Notes: a model not told the origin generated them from the letters alone. Shown: positions 1 through 12,338, counted from the stretch's first letter. The stretch is 64,000 nt of DNA from Callorhinchus milii (GCF_018977255.1 NW_024704743.1:45882001-45946000); one strand, 5' to 3'. Program-made: numbers and translations.

Positions 1-1554
1 TTGCTTTCTCTTTGTGTATTTTCCTCGCTAGAGAATTCAGTGTGTGTTCACAGTCAGGACATATTGGTCAACATGCAGCAAAATGGGTCAACATGGGTTA
101 ACTTGATGGCTAGGAAAACCTGTCCAAGCATCGTCTAATAGAATTTGTCTGCTTCTGCCACCTTTTCCACTTGACGTTAGTGTTGTTGCTCTTGCTTGAG
201 AAATGGAACTTTGAGGTGACATGAGTTTGACATCGACCAGCATGGTTTTAAAAAGTTGGCAGCAAACTCGGCCATCACAGGACTTCCACAATCAAATCAG
301 CCTGAGACAGCAGCCTTCTTCCAGCAGATTAATCATAATGTAATTTTAATTAAAAGCCACAGTGTCAAAGGGTTTAGCTCTTTGAGAAATGAGTGCAGCG
401 TAGCGTCAACATATTCACAGTCATTCGAAAGGTGAAAATCACCTATAAGATGTTGTGTGTTTTTAAAATGAACAAATTCTCTGATGAGAATTTTATTCTT
501 GTAGAAATTGGTACATTTTCATAATGCTTGCTAAAAACTAAACAAAAAATTTGCACAAATATTTTTATACTGATACCTAGAGTAACCATTTAATTAGTTG
601 GGTTCAAAGATGTACTGGAACACAAAGCTATTTGCAAGAAGTGTGAAACATTGACTCGGTATGCAAATAAAACAATAGCATTCAGACTATTAGTCATCAA
701 TAAAATACAGATCAGATAAAACAAATCATTTTGTGAGAATAGTGTGTTTTAAATTATCTACAGTTCATTCTCATAGCTTTGGTATTCAGGTGTTAAAGAA
801 ACTGCTGCAAAAATGGTTTGTGGGACACACCTCCTCTAACACTGGATAACTGATTTCCCAGAAACCATTTTACGCTTATACATTCAGAGAAAGAAATGAT
901 TGCTTTGTGTAACATAAGAGATCTGAATGTGAAAACCACTGATGCAGCTCAATTTAAAAAAAACTACACAGATCGCAAAGAAACAGCAGCACTGTATGTA
1001 TAATATATAGGAGGCCACGTTATATGAATCTTAATAGCTTCTTAATTTCTGAATCGAGCACAAAACATCTATTTGGGTAAATAGCCCTCAGGCAAATCTG
1101 GAATTAGCCGTTTGTTTGCAGGATTAAAAATGCAGGACTGCATGCTTGTCTTCTAAAATCTAATGAAGATTATAAGCCTTGCTCATACGTTCTCTCTCCA
1201 AATGTGTTGTGTGTCATAAGAAGCATACTACCACAGTTGGCATGATCACTCAGGCGTAGAATAACGAGCTGTAACTTTGCTAAGCTCTTCTGCCAGTCCC
1301 TCAGCCTCCCACTGTTCTGTTATATTGAACTTTAAGCACCACAGCTCTGTCATGCTCACCTTAAGCCATTGGGTATTAGTTCAATAAAGGCCCTGCTGGG
1401 AGACTAGTGTAATGATAAGTGCTGGGGAGACCCTGCTTTCATACTGGGCTCGGATTATTAAATTCATCATCGTGGAGGCAGGGTGCTTGCTCCCAGGCCT
1501 GTGACACTCACAGTTCTGTCCAACTGCTACTGACAGACAGACGCTATATAAAAA

Positions 1555-1655
1555 AAACACCACAGACTCTGGCAGGTGTTTCACCACAGCCACAAAGCTG
1601 TGGTTTCAGAATTAACAAACACTTACGTCTGGCATTCCCCTTAGGTGTGATTGGA
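1555..1655. promoter_or_regulatory. Candidate enhancer: RUNX and T-box motif cluster
   Basis: ACCACA (1559, 1583), TGTGGTTT (1599), AGGTGTT (1574) and AGGTGTGA (1643) in repeat-free sequence; motif evidence only. Confidence 0.3.
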
Positions 1656-1754
1656 AGATTTGATTCAACATGCGAGTGTAAAAAAATACATTCAGATTTT
1701 CTTTCTGTTAAAGGTGGAATATCTTTGCGCATAAAAGAATGTTTGCTACTCAAC

Positions 1755-1962
1755 TGATCAGAAGGATCATTGCATTTGGAAATGTAGGATTTTCTTTACA
1801 CAGTGGTTAATCAACAGCTGGAACAGGTCAATCAGAAAGGTGATTGAGGCATTTAAGCAACAGCTTGGCCTTGTAATGGAGAGATAAAAAGGTGGGTATT
1901 CTGGAAGTAGAAAATAAAATGGATAAAGAACCTTTCCTCATCTGAACCTCTCTTGTGATCAT
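1755..1962 (+). mobile_element. Very old CR1 3' remnant
   Basis: TTTTTCTTTACACAGTGGTTAATCAACAGCTGGAAC resembles the CR1 FFTQRVVN.WN-coding segment. Confidence 0.5.
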
Positions 1963-2880
1963 GTCAGTTGTCTGGCCTGAACTATTAGGTAGGCTGTTTT
2001 ATCTCTTTGGTTGTGCATTATCTCACCACTGGAAAAATAGACATTTTGACTAAGTTACCCTAGGCAAGAATTTATAAGCTTTGTTTATGCCACCAACAAA
2101 ATCACAACAGACAGCCCAAGCAATGATTTAAAAAAAAACAAGTGGTGGTTGGTTTTTAGTTGCCCAAAACAATAGACCAGCATTATTCTGCATCCTTTGG
2201 GCACTAATGATGGACAAAATTTAACGTTGAATTGGGCCAGGTAGACTTCAATTGCCTTTCCCAGCACTAAGCATTCCTATGTTATATTTTGGTTGAACAG
2301 AAAGCTGGAAATTGTTTCTAAGCCTTAAATCTATTTACATGGATTGATATTGGAAAGATTTGACCTGATTGGATAGAAGTCTTTTCGTATTCCCAAACTT
2401 GTCTGTAATTGACATAACAGCAATAATATTTAGCTCCATTGCTAAAATTTGTCAAATAATTCCATCAATAAAAATGAACAAGTTAAGTTACCAATATTGA
2501 GCAATAATAAATTAACAAGCAATCAAAATAATATGATGATTCTTTCATTATTGGCTTATACTGGATTTCTGCCAATTATTTAATTACTTTTGGTGAACTT
2601 TATGCTCATTAAGCTTAAGGAGGATAATGCAATGCTAGGGAATTAAGCACTTTTCCTCCTTGCATGTAGAGTTAGCATCAAGCATTCACAGGTCATGTGT
2701 GACATGGATTATACGCAGTTCAGAGCTCTTCAGTGCTACACTCATATCTTGCTTCATCTCCAGTCTCAGAAAAGCACCGTCTACCGAACTACGAACATTT
2801 TCAATTTCTACAGTATCTATCCGAAAGGATATTCTGAATGAGACTGTCAAATTATTGTTACTAAAATATGCTTTATAGGT

Positions 2881-3060
2881 AGTTTTGCACTCTGGATCCA
2901 TGTCCACTGGGAACTGGGTTAAGATTGCCCAATTCATTTCACTTAGGAACCTCAGAGAGCCATTAGGGGCAGGAGACTTTCATCCCATCTCTTTCAACTG
3001 GATTCCAAGTCCCGGAGGAGAAAGCAGAGATTTCCAATCTACATGCACTTGGATAGACCT
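2881..3060 (-). mobile_element. LF-SINE-like relic (5' part)
   Basis: Minus strand CCTAAGTGAAATGAATTGGGCAATCTTAACCCAGTTCCCAGTGGACATGGATCCAGAGTGCAAAAC is colinear with my recollection of the LF-SINE core (CCTATGTGAAATGAGTTGG...CAGTTCCTAGTGGACA...CAAAAC). Confidence 0.55.
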
Positions 3061-4439
3061 GTGAGCAAACTCATCAGGAAATAGGTTTCTGCAATGAGAA
3101 ATAATTTAGAAACCTCGAATTAAATATCTCACATGTTGGAAAATGTACTTTCCTTGGCGGAATAGGTAAGTGGAGTGGAATAAGAACAGTTAGCATTAAT
3201 GTAAGTTTCTGATCTACTTCTGTTATTCTGACTGTTAAATTCTGACAATGATTCATATTTGCCAAAAAAGTACATTTGACTTATTGAAAGTAGTTAGAGT
3301 TTCTTGAAGACTACTAAGCTGAAATACAATATTAATTCTGCCTTTGGCTAGATATGTACATAAGCCAGACTGTGAGCTCCTGAAGATAACCACAACTTGC
3401 ATTTATATGCCTTTCACACAGGTTAGCACCCTGGAGCACTTGTACAGAAGGTAATTTGAGATATGTAGGAGTTGAGTGCAAGTCTTTGACAAGGAGAAGA
3501 GTTTTATGATTGTTCTAGACAAGCAGCCATGGGTGCTGAACATCAACATGTGGAGAAGAGAAGAGGAACGTTTGTTAGTGCAGAGCACATAAGAGGAAGA
3601 GCCCTGATGGTAGGTAGTATCCCAGGTAGTGAGTGCACAGAGTAAAGCTAGGTGGCAGAGGCAACATTGCTTGAGGAGGCTGAATCTGAGCCAGGGTTTC
3701 ATCATTGAGCTTTGTCACTTGCCATGGGGCTATGTGCAAATCAAACTGTCAGTGGCATAAAAGTCCCTCCATCTTTATGTTATAGTCTTTTTCTGATCTT
3801 TTTTCCTGGAAACATTGCAGCAGTCAGCCAGTTTACCCTCTCTCACTGAGGTTAATACATTCACTTAAGTAAAAAAAAGTAGCAGATGTGGAGGGGATGT
3901 CACTTCTGTAACAGAAAATAAGAGTCACATAGTCAAAGAGGGGTTCCATGGTATAATCCATAAGAAAGGGATTCATTTGTTACACGTGCAGATGGTAGGG
4001 AAAAGGACACAAATTGATGTCCAGATCCTGGGAGGAATTAGCAATTGTTTTATATGAAGTGGGAGAGATGAAAAGATGGTCTTGGGTGATGCCTTAGCTC
4101 ATGATACCATCTCACTGTCCCAACTCCTAGGACAAACAACATGGGTGATCATGCATACTAACTGAGGACATGTGCTATCCTTAGACAAGGATTTTGCTGT
4201 CTGGCTCGGTGTGCATTACAAGAACACCTTACAGAATGTGAGCAAAATAGTTAAGCTCTCTGGAACACTACCATGCGTGAGGGACGCTATATAAATGCAA
4301 GTTATTGTTGTTGTTGTAATTGTTCTTATTTTACTCCTTGTGGCATTCTGCAGCAGACAGTGAAAGATCAGGGTCAAGCAATGGTGGAGCAGCTGAGCAG
4401 GATCTACCAGTAAAGAAACAGCTGAGCATTGCTGAGAAA

Positions 4440-4812
4440 ACATACAAACCAGAACCCCACAGGTTCAAATCCTGCTCTGTGCTACGTTTGATGCTTTGTC
4501 ATGGACTGGGCAGCAGTTGCAATGCTGCAATTAGCCTCAGGACTCCTGCGTTAAGGAAAGGATAATGAACAAGATTTTCTGATCTTCCTGCTCCTGATTC
4601 CTATCCAGATTCTCTGCTGCATGTGTATGTGTGCGTGTCAGTCTTGGTGATGCCCGCTTGGTTGACTAACCTGCCAAGGCTCACTTGATCCATGTTAGGA
4701 GGAATTGAATAATGGCTACTTGAGGGCAAGGTACTGGGAGAGAGACTGGTGCCTTTGGAATCGTACTCCTAGCAGAATGTAAAAGTAGGAAGAGAGCAAA
4801 TCAGTGGAGGTA
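4440..4812 (+). mobile_element. Unclassified old tRNA-like-headed SINE
   Basis: B-box-like GGTTCAAATCC, then CAATTAGCCTCAG...TTCCTGCTCCTGAT. Related minus-strand fragments at about 23280-23465, 28650-28775 and 63280-63350. Confidence 0.5.
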
Positions 4813-6230
4813 AAAAAGAGGAGGGAACATTCTCTTTTCTCGTTTTTCACATAGACCTGTTGCTGACGTGAACAAAGCGCTTATGCTGAGCTGCAGTAGT
4901 GATGCTTCTAACAGCTGGTATGCTGAATGGCCATTTTGTTTTTATCAAAAATGTAGAATGTGACATTTCATGTGTTGGAAAATAATAATCCTTGCAATTG
5001 ATGTTGTGCCTTTCACGTCAGGAGGACATCTTAATGCTCTTCACAGGATATACTGTAAAAGTGGAGTGACCGTGCGTTTTGTGGGTGAAATCAAATCTCC
5101 AACACTAGCTTGAAACTGATGGCTTTCAGTATGAGAGTGCCTGTACGGTATGCAATGAATCTGATTTGGGCCATAGATCAGTGATGACTTGAATTTCACC
5201 CACAAAACACACAATCACTCCACTTTACAATGTATCCTGTGAAACTCTTTGGGATGTCCTCCCGACGTGAAAGGCGTAATGCCAAATGTAAGAAATATTA
5301 TTAATGAAAAATAATTTGAACTATTTGGAGGTTTGAAACCAATTGGCTCTTGTTGTCAGTCAAGATCAGTGCAAAAAAAATCAAATTTGGATCTAAAAGA
5401 AAGTATAATTTCAGATTTGGAGAACTGCAACATGGTATTTGAATCCCAAATTCAAGTAAAATTTCTTCAGACACAATCAAGCCTCAATTGGGCTATATGG
5501 TTGATTATAACCTTGATCATTCGAGTCAATGGTTCAGGTTACTCTGGTCCCTGAGAGGAAGGTGTTTTATTTGCTTATCTCCTTAAAAATAATTATTGCG
5601 CTCCTATCCCCAAGTGGACTTTAGAATATAAAGAAGCAATGCACACCAGCACACTAGGTGTTAAGCCGCTTTTCAGTTTAATAAGCTGACTCCTTTATAA
5701 GTCTTGCTGTGGGATTCCTGGCTACTGCTTACAAACTGGCGTGTTTATCTGGACTAAAATAGTAATTCAGCTGTGCTGTTTTAGTGCAATTCCCTGTCAT
5801 GCCAGCGTGTCAGCACTAAGTGTTCAACGGGAATGACTGGCTTCTCGCCCTCTGACAATACAATATGGTTTCAACATTCTGTTCAAAACAATCTCATTTC
5901 CAGCAGGGACAGGGCACAGGCGACTTTGATATTCCCAGTCACTTTAATACCATAACCCATGGATTCTAATATCCACTCAACCTGTCATGTCCTATTGGAC
6001 TGGCTCTCTGGTGGTTTAAATATTAGTAAGGCCTTGTCACTGCCTTTTAACAATGACTCATCCTTTCATTAGAAATGGTGAAGCTTATTTATGTGGAAAG
6101 CCAGCTGCTGACAGAAGGTTGTTGAAATATCCGAGCAGACAACGCAGATTAAAATGTTAATGCCAGATTTACAAAGGATTTTCTTTCTTTCACTTCTGTT
6201 TTATTTTGCACCTTTTGATTTAATAAATAT

Positions 6231-6571
6231 TATAATAATAATCCTTTCATTTGATATAGCGCTTTTCACGTTTTCTAGACGTCTCAAAGCGCTTCACAGA
6301 ATAGACTGTAAAGTGAATTCACTGTATATTTGTGGGCGAAACACGGCAGCCAATTGTGCACAGCAGTGTCCCACAAACAGTCGTGGATTGAAGTGACCAA
6401 TTTTCTATAGTTTTTTTTTCTTGCGGGATTAATATCAAGGGTGTGGAGTAAGGAAACTTGCCCAAGGTTTCACCCTGCCAGGAATCGAACCCAGGTCTCT
6501 CGTCTATACAAATGTAATCTTGTAGTTGTTGTTGTGAGGCGAGTGATCTAACCAATGAGCTACAGGACTCC
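6231..6571 (-). mobile_element. tRNA-Ala SINE with a micro-insertion in the anticodon loop
   Basis: Reverse complement of the SINE; 6504-6534 is an L2 tail piece. Confidence 0.85.
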
Positions 6572-7279
6572 CTAATGTAATAATATGAAAAGTTTGTGGT
6601 AATAATATAAATATTGTACATATTTTGTGCGGTATACCATGTTGTTAATATTAAAACAATGTATTAAACATCAATTTATCAGTAATGCAGCATAACATTA
6701 TAAGCTCCCTTTCTCATGCCAGTGGGTTACAGTCCCAAGTTCATTCCAATAGACTAGGTTTAAGGCTAAAGTTTCAAGAGGTCAGTCAGTACACCTCATG
6801 TAGCAATTATAATAATAATCCCTAAAGAAAAAAAATAAATAATTTGGTCACTTCAATCCACGACTGTTTGTGGGACACTGCTGTGCGCAATTGGCTGCCG
6901 TGTTTCGCCCACAAAATATACAGTCAATTCACTTTACAGTATATTCTGTGAAGCGCTTTGAGACGTCTAGAAGACGTGAAAAGCACTATATCAAATGAAA
7001 GGATTATTATTATAAGCATAACGTATTTTTAATATGCTTTGAACAAATATATACACTCAGTTCTTATCAAAATTAATCGAACCCAGGTCTCTTGCTTGTG
7101 AGTATAGATAAAAATGAAATGTCTGTCTGTGTGTTTGTCTGTGTGTAATCTACATTCCATATTGGATCCTTTGGTTGTAAGTGAAACTACAACGTGTACA
7201 GCTATAATCTGATAAGAGAACACCACATAATTACCTCATAAGTTTTACCATAAATAAATAAGTACAGCAATAAACCAAA

Positions 7280-7626
7280 CTCTCGTAAGCGAGAGGACCT
7301 GGGTTTGATTGTCAGGCAGCGTGAAGTGTTAGACCAATTTCCTTACTCCTCACGCCTAGCAGTAAGTAGGAACCTGGTTCTCAGTCAATTTGCAGATCGT
7401 TTTTCCGGGGGTAATAATTCCTACAAAACAATTGTTTTTTAAAATAATAATAATTTGGTCGCTCAATCCACAACTGTTGGTATAACACTACTGTGCACAA
7501 TTGGCTGCCACGTTTTGCCCACAAAATATACAGTCAATTCACTTTACAGAATAATTCTGTGAAGCGCTTTGAAATGTCTTGAAGACTTAATAAGGCTCTA
7601 TATCAAATGCAAGAATTATTATTATT
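7280..7626 (+). mobile_element. Long-variant tRNA SINE (extended CORE-like segment)
   Basis: Carries the extra segment CTAGCAGTAAGTAGGAACCTGGTT...TTTTCCGGGGGTAATAAT, also seen at 30350-30643 and 52352-52645. Confidence 0.8.
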
Positions 7627-9040
7627 GAGATGTAATCTTTAGTTGTTACCAATTTTAATAAATCGTTGCAAAAGTAATAATTATTAAGTAGAGTAAACTA
7701 TAATAATAACAACAATCCTTCCATTTGATATAGCATCTTATCATGTCTAATGCTGCATGGATGGTCCTAAAATCAGCATTGAGCGCTTAAAACTAGAGCT
7801 GGATTTCAAAACTAACTTACTAACACTGTAAGTAAAGCAACACTTGATGGTTTCAAGGCAGAAATCTTGCTGACAGTGAGTGTATTAATGTGAATGACGA
7901 TTCAGTCTCACTAGTTTTCTTTAACATTTTAAAGAAACTCCTAACCTGTGGCTTTTTATCATGAATGTCTGAATAATGACACAGGCAACAGGACTGAGGA
8001 GGGCCAAGTTCACTGAAGGTTATTGATGCTCACAGCAGCTGAAAATAAAAACCCATTAAGTAAAACTGTTTGCTTTTGACAGGAAGATATTAGCAACCTC
8101 TTTTTCAAGCAGTAATACTGAAGGTGAACTCAGCAGTGCCCAAGGAATGCAACAGTGCAGAAGACTCAAGCTCATGACTGCCCAAAGGTCAGAATAGATC
8201 TCATAAGGATCCAAGCCAGAACCAGAAGGTGTCCAAGTAATTCCCAGCCTTAAGAAGTGTGAAGAAGAGAGATTCCAATGGTTACTTGGAGTTAACTCAG
8301 CATTCCCACAACCCATATCAGGAATCTGACTTGTTTTTACTACAATAACTGTGGGACCACATTCTGAGGATCAGAAACAATATTCATTCCTCAGGGAAGT
8401 GAATAGATTTTATGCCAAAGCAAATTGCAAAGGAATACATTTCCAGCTATTCCTTAAGGAACTCCTTGTCTTATGCTTTAAGAAATCGCATTATACTCCA
8501 ATGTGAGTCAAAGGTCCGTGGAGAGCAGGAGAAAGGGGAGATATTTAGATGAGAAAAAGATATTTGCAGCTGATTCGTGCTTCACTATGTAGCCACAGGG
8601 TGAAAAAGCATCAAAGTTGAGGTTTGATTGTGGGAGTACATTCAGGGTTTGTATGGGTGAATCTGTATGTCAAGCCAAAACAAGGTTTGTGTGGGATTGC
8701 ATAATGGTACTGGTGGTTTGTGAAGGTCATATAGTACTCAAAGCGGAAATAAACAACTTGTGTTTAGTATTGCAACTCTACTCATTCAAATTCCAGCTGA
8801 AATGGGACCTCACTCTACAAATTGTAACTTTCTGGATTTCATGATACTACTTTGGAACATAGGAATAGGATGAAATTATTCAGCCATCTAGTCTGCTTTA
8901 TCAGTTTATTAAATCTCGTCAGATTTTTTAAACCCAATGTCCACCTTTCTGCCATATCACTTGATAATAATAATCCATACATTTGATATAATACTTTTCA
9001 TTTTGGGAAGATATCTCAAAGCACTTCACATGTTTCACTT

Positions 9041-9127
9041 CACCTAGGTGTCTTGTTTGATCCTCAACTGTTTTTTCTCCCCCACATTCAAGCCATGACC
9101 CGCTCTGCCTTCCCTCACCTTCGTAAC
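9041..9127 (+). mobile_element. L2 fragment, 5' half of the element interrupted by the CR1
   Basis: Reads LGVLFDPQLFFLPHIQAMTRSAFPHLRN, which continues as NIARLHHYLTP at 10972 after the CR1. Confidence 0.85.
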
Positions 9128-9135
9128 CTCCGAAT

Positions 9136-10970
9136 TTTATAAATATATAAAGAGGAAGAGGCTGTCAAGGGTAAATGTGGGTCCGCTACAGGCAGAGACG
9201 GGGGGAATTATAGTAGGGGACAAAGACAAGTACTTTGCTACTGTCTTCACCTTAGAAGACACTGAAAACCTACCAAGAATAGAGGGGAACCAAGAAGAAA
9301 ATGTTAGCAAGCAACTTGGAGGAATTAATATTAGTAAAGAAATGGTTTTAGGTAAATTATCAGGTTTTAAAACTGATAAATCTCCTGGACCTGATGGCCT
9401 AAATCCTACGGTTTTAAAAGAGGTGGCTACTGAGATAGTGGATGGCTTGTCTTTGATCTTCCAAAATTCTCTGGATTCTGGAACGGTTCCCATTGATTGG
9501 AAGATTGCAAACGTAACCCACTATTTAAGAAGGGTGGGAGAGAAAAGATGGGGAACTATAGACCAGTTAGTCTGACATCAGTGATAGGGAAAATTCTTGA
9601 GTCCTTAATTAAAGATGTCGTTATGGGATTCCTGGAAGACCATAACAAGATTAGGCAGAGTCAACATGGCTTTACACAAGGGAAGTCATGCTTAACTCAT
9701 TTTTTAGAGTTTTTTTGAAGATGTATCTAGCAGGTTAGATAGGGGGAACCAGTAGATGTAGTATATTTAGATTTTAAAAAGTCATTTGACAAAGTCCCAC
9801 ACAAAAGGCTATTGCAAAGGTTAAGGCCCATGGGATTAATGCAAACGTGTTAGCATGGTTTGAAGAGTGGCTAACGGGTAGAAAACAGAGAGTAGGGATA
9901 AACGGGTCATTCTCGAATTGGCAGGATGTGACTAGTGGAGTGCCACAAGGATCAGTGCTTGGGCCTCAGCTATTTACAATTTACATCAATGATCTAGACG
10001 AGGACATTGAATGTAACATATCTAAATTCACAGATTACAGTAAACGAGGTGGGGGAGTAAGCTCTGAGGATGATGCAAAAAGATTGCAACGGGATATAGA
10101 TAGGCTAGGGGAGTGGGCAAGTAGGTGGCAGATGGAATTTAATGTGGGGAAGTGTGAAGTTATTCACCTAGGTAGAAAAAATAGAAAAACAGATTATTTT
10201 CTAAAGGGGGAGAGATTAGATAGTGTCAGTGTTCAGAGGGATTTGGGTGTCCTTGTACACCAGTCTCAAAAAGTTAGTTTACAGGTACAGTAAGCAACTA
10301 AGATGGCGAACAGCATGTTAGCGTTCATTGCAAAAGATTTAGAGTACAAGATTAGGGAAATCTTGCTGCAACTGTATAGGGCCTTGGTGAGACCGCACCT
10401 AGAGTATTGTGTGCAGTTTTGGTCTCCTTATTTAAAAAAGGACATACTTGCCCTAGAGGGGGTGCAGCGTAGATTCACTCGGTTAGTTCCTGGGATGAGG
10501 GGACTGACCTATGAGGATAGGCTGAATAAACTAGGGCTGTATTCTCCAGAGTACAGAAGAATTAGGGGAGATCTTATTGAAACATATAAGATTCTTAAAG
10601 GGATGGATAAAGTAGACACTGAGGGTCTGTTTCCCCTGGTAGGAGAATCTATAACCAGGGGTCACAGTCTTAAAATTAAGGGTTAGCCTTTTAGAACAGA
10701 GTTGAGGAAACATTTCTTCACTCAGAGGGTAGTGAATTTATGGAATTCACTACCCCAGAAGGCTGTAGATGCTCAGTCCTTGAACATCTTCAAGGCTGAA
10801 ACTGATAGAATTTTAAAAATAATAGAGGGATTAGGGGATATGGGGATAGGGCAGGTAATCAGAGTTAGGTCAGAAGATCAGCCATGATCTTATCGAATGG
10901 TGGGGCAGGCTCGAGGGGCCGAATGGCCTACTCCTGCTCCTAATTCTTATGTTCTTATGTTCTTCTTATG
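9136..10970 (+). mobile_element. CR1-clade LINE, 5'-truncated and frameshifted
   Basis: Consecutive ORF fragments carry [34 protein letters not shown], the degenerate catalytic motif KFTDY (normally FADD), LVRPHLEYCVQFWSP and FFTQRVVNLWNSLP. The 3' end is GGCCTACTCCTGCTCCTAA(TTCTTATG)n. Confidence 0.95.
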
Positions 10971-11580
10971 TAACATTGCCCGACTCCACCACTACCTCAC
11001 CCCTCAGACCGCTGAAACTCTTGTTCATGCCCTCATCACCTCCAGGCTCGACTATGCAAATGCCCTGTTTGTCGGTCTTCCCAACTCCTCCCTCCACAGG
11101 CTGCAGATAATCCAGAACTCTGCAGCCCGTGTCCTCTCCTGCACCAAACTCCATGACCCTATCTCTCCCACTCCCGCCCAACTCCACTGGCTCCCTATCT
11201 TTCAGAGGATCCCTCCATGGCCTCGCCCCACCCTACCCCTGTGACCTCCTAACCCTCTACCAACCCGCCCGTTTCTTCTGCTCAGCCAGCTCCGGCCTGC
11301 TCCACATTCCCCGACCCACCCGCCCCACCATTGGTGGGAGAGCCTTCAGCCACTCAGCCTTCAGCCACTCTGCCCTCACCCCCTCCTTAGCCTCCTTCAG
11401 GTCCCGCCTCAAGACCCTCTTCTTTGACCATGCCATCGGCCACCCCCCTTCCCCTCCCCTCCCCTTCCTTCCCCCCCCCCAACCCCAGCTCGAGTCTGAA
11501 ATGCTGTACTCTGTCCAGCGCCTTGGGACGTTCTCCCGACGTGAAAGGCGCTATACAAATGTAATCTTGTTGTTGTTGTT
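10971..11580 (+). mobile_element. L2 3' fragment (second subfamily), continuation of 9041-9127
   Basis: NIARLHHYLTPQTAETLVHALITSRLDYANA...LHWLP; tail GCGCCTTGGGACGTTCTCCCGACGTGAAAGGCGCTATACAAATGTAATC(TTG)n. Confidence 0.9.
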
Positions 11581-11589
11581 TTACTGTCA

Positions 11590-12102
11590 AGGGCAATGAC
11601 TGTATATTTTGTAGGTAAAACAAGGCAGCCAGTTTTGTGTATACTCATGAAGTGAGTAACCAATTTTACCTGTGGGATTGTTGGCTGGGACACCAGGAGA
11701 AACTCCCTTCTCTTTTTCAGTGGTGCCATGGGAACTTTAACATAGGAACAAAGGAACAGGAGTAGGCTATTCGGCCCCTTGAACCTGTTCTGCCATTCTA
11801 TTAGATCGTGCTGATCTGTATCTCAACTCCAATTACCTGCCTTTGCCCCATATCCCCTACATAACAAAAATCTCTCCACCTCAGTCTTAGCATGAGATCT
11901 TTAATCTCTAACCACCCAAACAGGTAGTTGGGATATTAACAATTCACCTGAAGGACGGCATCTCTGACAATACACTTGTTACCCCCCAGCACTGCATTGG
12001 AGTGTCAGCTTAGACTCCAAGTTCAAAGTCCAGATGTGGGGCTTGAACCATAATCTTCTGACTCAAAGGCAAAAGTACTTCCAACTGAACCAGGTTTGCA
12101 CC
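11590..12102 (-). mobile_element. Older Deu-domain tRNA SINE (SacSINE/AmnSINE-like) interrupted by a CR1 tail (11740-11890)
   Basis: Minus strand has the head GAGTCAGAAGATTATGGTTCAAGCCCCAC and Deu core AAAGTTCCCATGGCACCACTGAAAAAGAGAAGGGAGTTTCTCCTGGTGTCC. Confidence 0.7.
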
Positions 12103-12338
12103 TTAGTACTGTACTATCCTAGTATCCATCTATATCTCTTTTGAACATCCAGCGCCTTTCATGTCGGGAGGACGTCCCAAGGCGCTGGACAGTTGGGTCA
12201 GGACCAGAGCAGGGGGGACAAGATGTCATCTTGGCTGATTTGTTAGTTTTTTGCATCTGTAGTTCAGAAAATTATGATTTCAAGACCCATATTTGGACTT
12301 GAACTCATAATCTAGGTTGAAACTGTACTGGGAGAGCA

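Noticed and set aside
4320..4565. Possible exon (SADSERSGSSNGGAAEQDLP...)
   Set aside because: An acceptor-like cag is present, but the frame runs into a SINE-like element and the peptide matches nothing I recognise.
9177..10887. Functional reverse transcriptase gene
   Set aside because: Multiple frameshifts and stops, catalytic FADD degenerated to FTDY, and 5'-truncated: a dead CR1.
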